Assembly (NCBI GenBank): GCA_040753015.1 | Contig: JBFMHM010000003.1 | Coordinates: 83,463 to 147,462, forward strand | Reading direction: 5' to 3' | DNA from: Candidatus Omnitrophota bacterium | GTDB taxonomy: Bacteria; Omnitrophota; Gorgyraeia; Gygaellales; JBFMHM01 | Length of the DNA: 64,000 bases | In this document: positions 61,624 to 64,000 of the stretch, in pieces | Numbering within the stretch: the stretch's first letter is position 1 | How the letters are laid out: each line of letters opens with the position of its first letter | Notes under the pieces: model-generated | Databases searched by the model: none | Seen by the model: the letters and a program-made list of their open reading frames with translations, nothing else | Told to the model about the DNA's origin: nothing | Position numbers and translations under genes: made by a program

Positions 61624-63687
61624 TCAATAATCATCGCGGTAGCGAAAATATTCTTTCATCATTTCAAATAGTTTTTCATTTCGGGAAGTAGGGACAGGCC
61701 CCTGTGCCTGTCCGTTATTATTCGGATGGACACGGGGGTCCGCCCCTACATTTAAATATGCACTTTCAGTTGTAACAAATTTATTTAAGATGTCTCCTTC
61801 ATCCAGAAAACGCGAAACTTGTGTGAATACCGAACCAGCGCCATCAAAATAACTGCGCGGGCTTCGGTCAATTTGCGGCTTAATTAAAAATAAATTTTCT
61901 TTGGCGCGCGTTGCAGCAACATACAAAAGCCTGCGCTCCTCTTCTATAGCATCACTATCCTCCAAAGATAAATAGCTAGGAAGATGCCCTTCAGCAACAT
62001 AAATTAAAAAAACTGTATGCCATTCAAGGCCTTTTGCAGAATGAATTGTTGAAAGCGTAAGCCGCCCATCGCCTTTATCTTTTACGGCAGATTCAACAAT
62101 ATTTCTCTCTGGCGGCTCAAGCGCCATATCGGTCAAAAATTCCTCTAAGTTGTCGTAGCGAATAGAAATTCTCTCTAAAGAATCAAGGTCATTCAAACGC
62201 TTATTAAAATCATCGTATTTTTCTTTTAAAAGCGGTGAATAATAATCTAAAAATAATTTGATAAGATCAGAAGGTATTTGTTTATTTACCTCGATTTTTT
62301 TTAATATACTGATAAGCTTTATTAAATCCTGAAATTTTGCAGTTAACTTAGGGTCTATATTTAGGCCTTTTTTAAAGCCAATTATTTCATTAATAATATT
62401 TTGTGCAGTCTTTGTGCCAATGCCTCGCATAAGTAAAAGCACCCTGTGCCAACTTACTGCATCAAAAATATTATGAGTAATCCTTAAATAAGAGATTATG
62501 TCTTTTATGTGGCTAGCCTCAACGAACTTTTGCCCGCCATATTTTGTAAAAGGGATATTTCTTGAGGCAAGCTCTACTTCTAAATCATTAGAATGCCAGC
62601 CTGAGCGAAAAAGCACAGCAATATTAGAAAGCTCAACACCTTCTTCTCTTAATTCTAGAATTTTGTCAGCGACAAATTTTGACTGCGCATTTTCATCTTC
62701 GGCGTCAATATAAACCGGGACATTGCCTTCTTTTTTCTTCGTATAAAGATTTTTCTCAAATTTTTCCTGTGAAAAATTAATTATCTGGTTAGTTAAATTA
62801 AGAATGGGCTGGGTAGAACGGTAATTTTCTTCTAATGTTATAATCTTTGCGCCTTTAAAAATTTTTGGAAAATCCATTATATTTTTGAAGTCTGCACCGC
62901 GAAATGAATAAATACTCTGTGAATCATCGCCTACAACCATTACATTTTGATGCTCACTCGCCAAAAGGCAGACAATATGCGCCTGCAATTTATTTGTATC
63001 TTGGTACTCATCAACCATAATGTATTTATATTTATTAGATAATCTAACTCGAATATCATTATGGTCATTCAATAAATCTTTTAAACAAACTAGAAGATCA
63101 TCATAATCTAAAAGCGATTTTAATTGTTTATACTGCCTGTATTCATCGCGGATTTTTTTTATTTCCTCAGTCCATTCAATAAATTGTGGATATTCATCAT
63201 ACAAAATAACTCCAATATCGCAGTTTTTATTTACGCTTTTTGAAATAACATCATGTATTGTGTTTTTTCGTGGAAAGCGTTTTTCTTTTTTATTAAAACC
63301 TAACTCGGTTCTAATTAAATTAATCGCATCTTCGCTATCCGATTGATCAAGAATTGTAAAATTATTATTCAGCTTTAAAACAGCGGCATATTTTCGCAAA
63401 ATCATATTGGCAAAAGAATGGAAGGTGCCACCGGATACCTTATTACAACGTTCATCTAAAAGAATAGCTGCGCGCCGAAGCATTTCATGGGCGGCTTTTC
63501 TTGTAAAGGTAAGCAGAAGGACTTCTTCTGGTTTAATCCCTTTTTCAACAAGGTGTGCAACTCGATAAACTAAAACGCGCGTCTTGCCGCTTCCAGCACC
63601 GGCAATTACTAAATGCGGCCCTTCAATTGATTCAACCGCCGCAAGCTGCGCAGCATTAAGCTCTTTTTTATAATCAATTCTCTGCAT
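61624..63687 (-). CDS. UvrD/PcrA-family ATP-dependent helicase
   Basis: AGAGSGKT, VDEYQDTN, QSIYSFRGA, ENYRS, TIHSAKGLEW, EERRLLYVAATRA. Confidence 0.93.
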   Translation of the reverse strand: MQRIDYKKELNAAQLAAVESIEGPHLVIAGAGSGKTRVLVYRVAHLVEKGIKPEEVLLLTFTRKAAHEMLRRAAILLDERCNKVSGGTFHSFANMILRKYAAVLKLNNNFTILDQSDSEDAINLIRTELGFNKKEKRFPRKNTIHDVISKSVNKNCDIGVILYDEYPQFIEWTEEIKKIRDEYRQYKQLKSLLDYDDLLVCLKDLLNDHNDIRVRLSNKYKYIMVDEYQDTNKLQAHIVCLLASEHQNVMVVGDDSQSIYSFRGADFKNIMDFPKIFKGAKIITLEENYRSTQPILNLTNQIINFSQEKFEKNLYTKKKEGNVPVYIDAEDENAQSKFVADKILELREEGVELSNIAVLFRSGWHSNDLEVELASRNIPFTKYGGQKFVEASHIKDIISYLRITHNIFDAVSWHRVLLLMRGIGTKTAQNIINEIIGFKKGLNIDPKLTAKFQDLIKLISILKKIEVNKQIPSDLIKLFLDYYSPLLKEKYDDFNKRLNDLDSLERISIRYDNLEEFLTDMALEPPERNIVESAVKDKGDGRLTLSTIHSAKGLEWHTVFLIYVAEGHLPSYLSLEDSDAIEEERRLLYVAATRAKENLFLIKPQIDRSPRSYFDGAGSVFTQVSRFLDEGDILNKFVTTESAYLNVGADPRVHPNNNGQAQGPVPTSRNEKLFEMMKEYFRYRDDY
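61688..61749. repeat. GTAG-type REP doublet (REPIN-like) in frame in the helicase tail
   Basis: GTAG-ggacaggc-ccctgt-gcctgtcc...ggatggac-acgggg-gtccgccc-CTAC. Confidence 0.82.
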
Positions 63688-63690
63688 GAA

Positions 63691-64000
63691 TTAAAATTTC
63701 ACCTCTGGCGCTGCTTTTGCTGCGCTTTCCGCCTTAAAGTATTCGGTTGCGCGCTTATAACCAAACATATTAGCTACAACATTACCCGGGAAGCGCCTTA
63801 CCATTAAATTATAACCCATAACCGCATCGTTATAGCGCATACGCTCAACGGCAATTCTATTTTCTGTCCCCGCTAATTCATCCATAAGCTTTAAAAATGT
63901 ATTATCGGCTTTTAAGTTTGGATAATTCTCGGCAACTAAAAGCAATCGAGATAGCGCCGCATCAATTTGGCCTGCTGCCTTTACCTTTTCATCGACTGTA
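63691..64000 (-). CDS. lemA: LemA family protein, C-terminal part (begins beyond window end)
   Basis: ENYPNLKA, ELAGTENRIAVERMRYN, FPGN, APEVKF; frame stays open to 64000. Confidence 0.92.
   Translation of the reverse strand, partial: TVDEKVKAAGQIDAALSRLLLVAENYPNLKADNTFLKLMDELAGTENRIAVERMRYNDAVMGYNLMVRRFPGNVVANMFGYKRATEYFKAESAAKAAPEVKF

Overview
AT-rich bacterial chromosome segment, almost all genes on the minus strand. Gene content and the giant secreted protein ending in GGIDL suggest Candidatus Omnitrophota (PVC); this is inference, not a database result. Core genes: lipid A/LPS (GT4 fragment, lpxL-ELM1 fusion, lpxK, waaA, msbA, gnnA-like, lpxB), xerC-topA-dprA, aroK/aroC, purB, eno, an FtsH-like protease, ilvD-ilvB-ilvN-ilvC-leuA, aldolase-pfkA-ahcY-metK, a PTS cluster, rpsB-tsf-pyrH-frr, purF-purS-purQ-purL, a UvrD helicase, lemA and four tRNAs. 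Accessory genes are slotted singly between core genes: an AbiE toxin-antitoxin pair, a ~2200-aa secreted protein with two HExxH modules and HEAT repeats, DUF1016, ORF6N, Bro-N, a methyltransferase with a frameshifted HNH endonuclease, and CARDB proteins. The strongest signals are below gene scale. (1) The unrelated DUF1016, ORF6N and Bro-N genes each contain a perfect in-frame palindrome with a 3-nt centre. (2) A 30-bp twin-hairpin element occurs three times, twice in frame in proteins, and its empty site can be reconstructed inside the window. (3) The 3' end of leuA is duplicated around DUF1016 with synonymous changes. (4) Heptamer and octamer periodic elements and a REP doublet lie in genes and tRNA spacers. 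(5) Four genes look leaderless, and the rpsB leader has pseudoknot topology.
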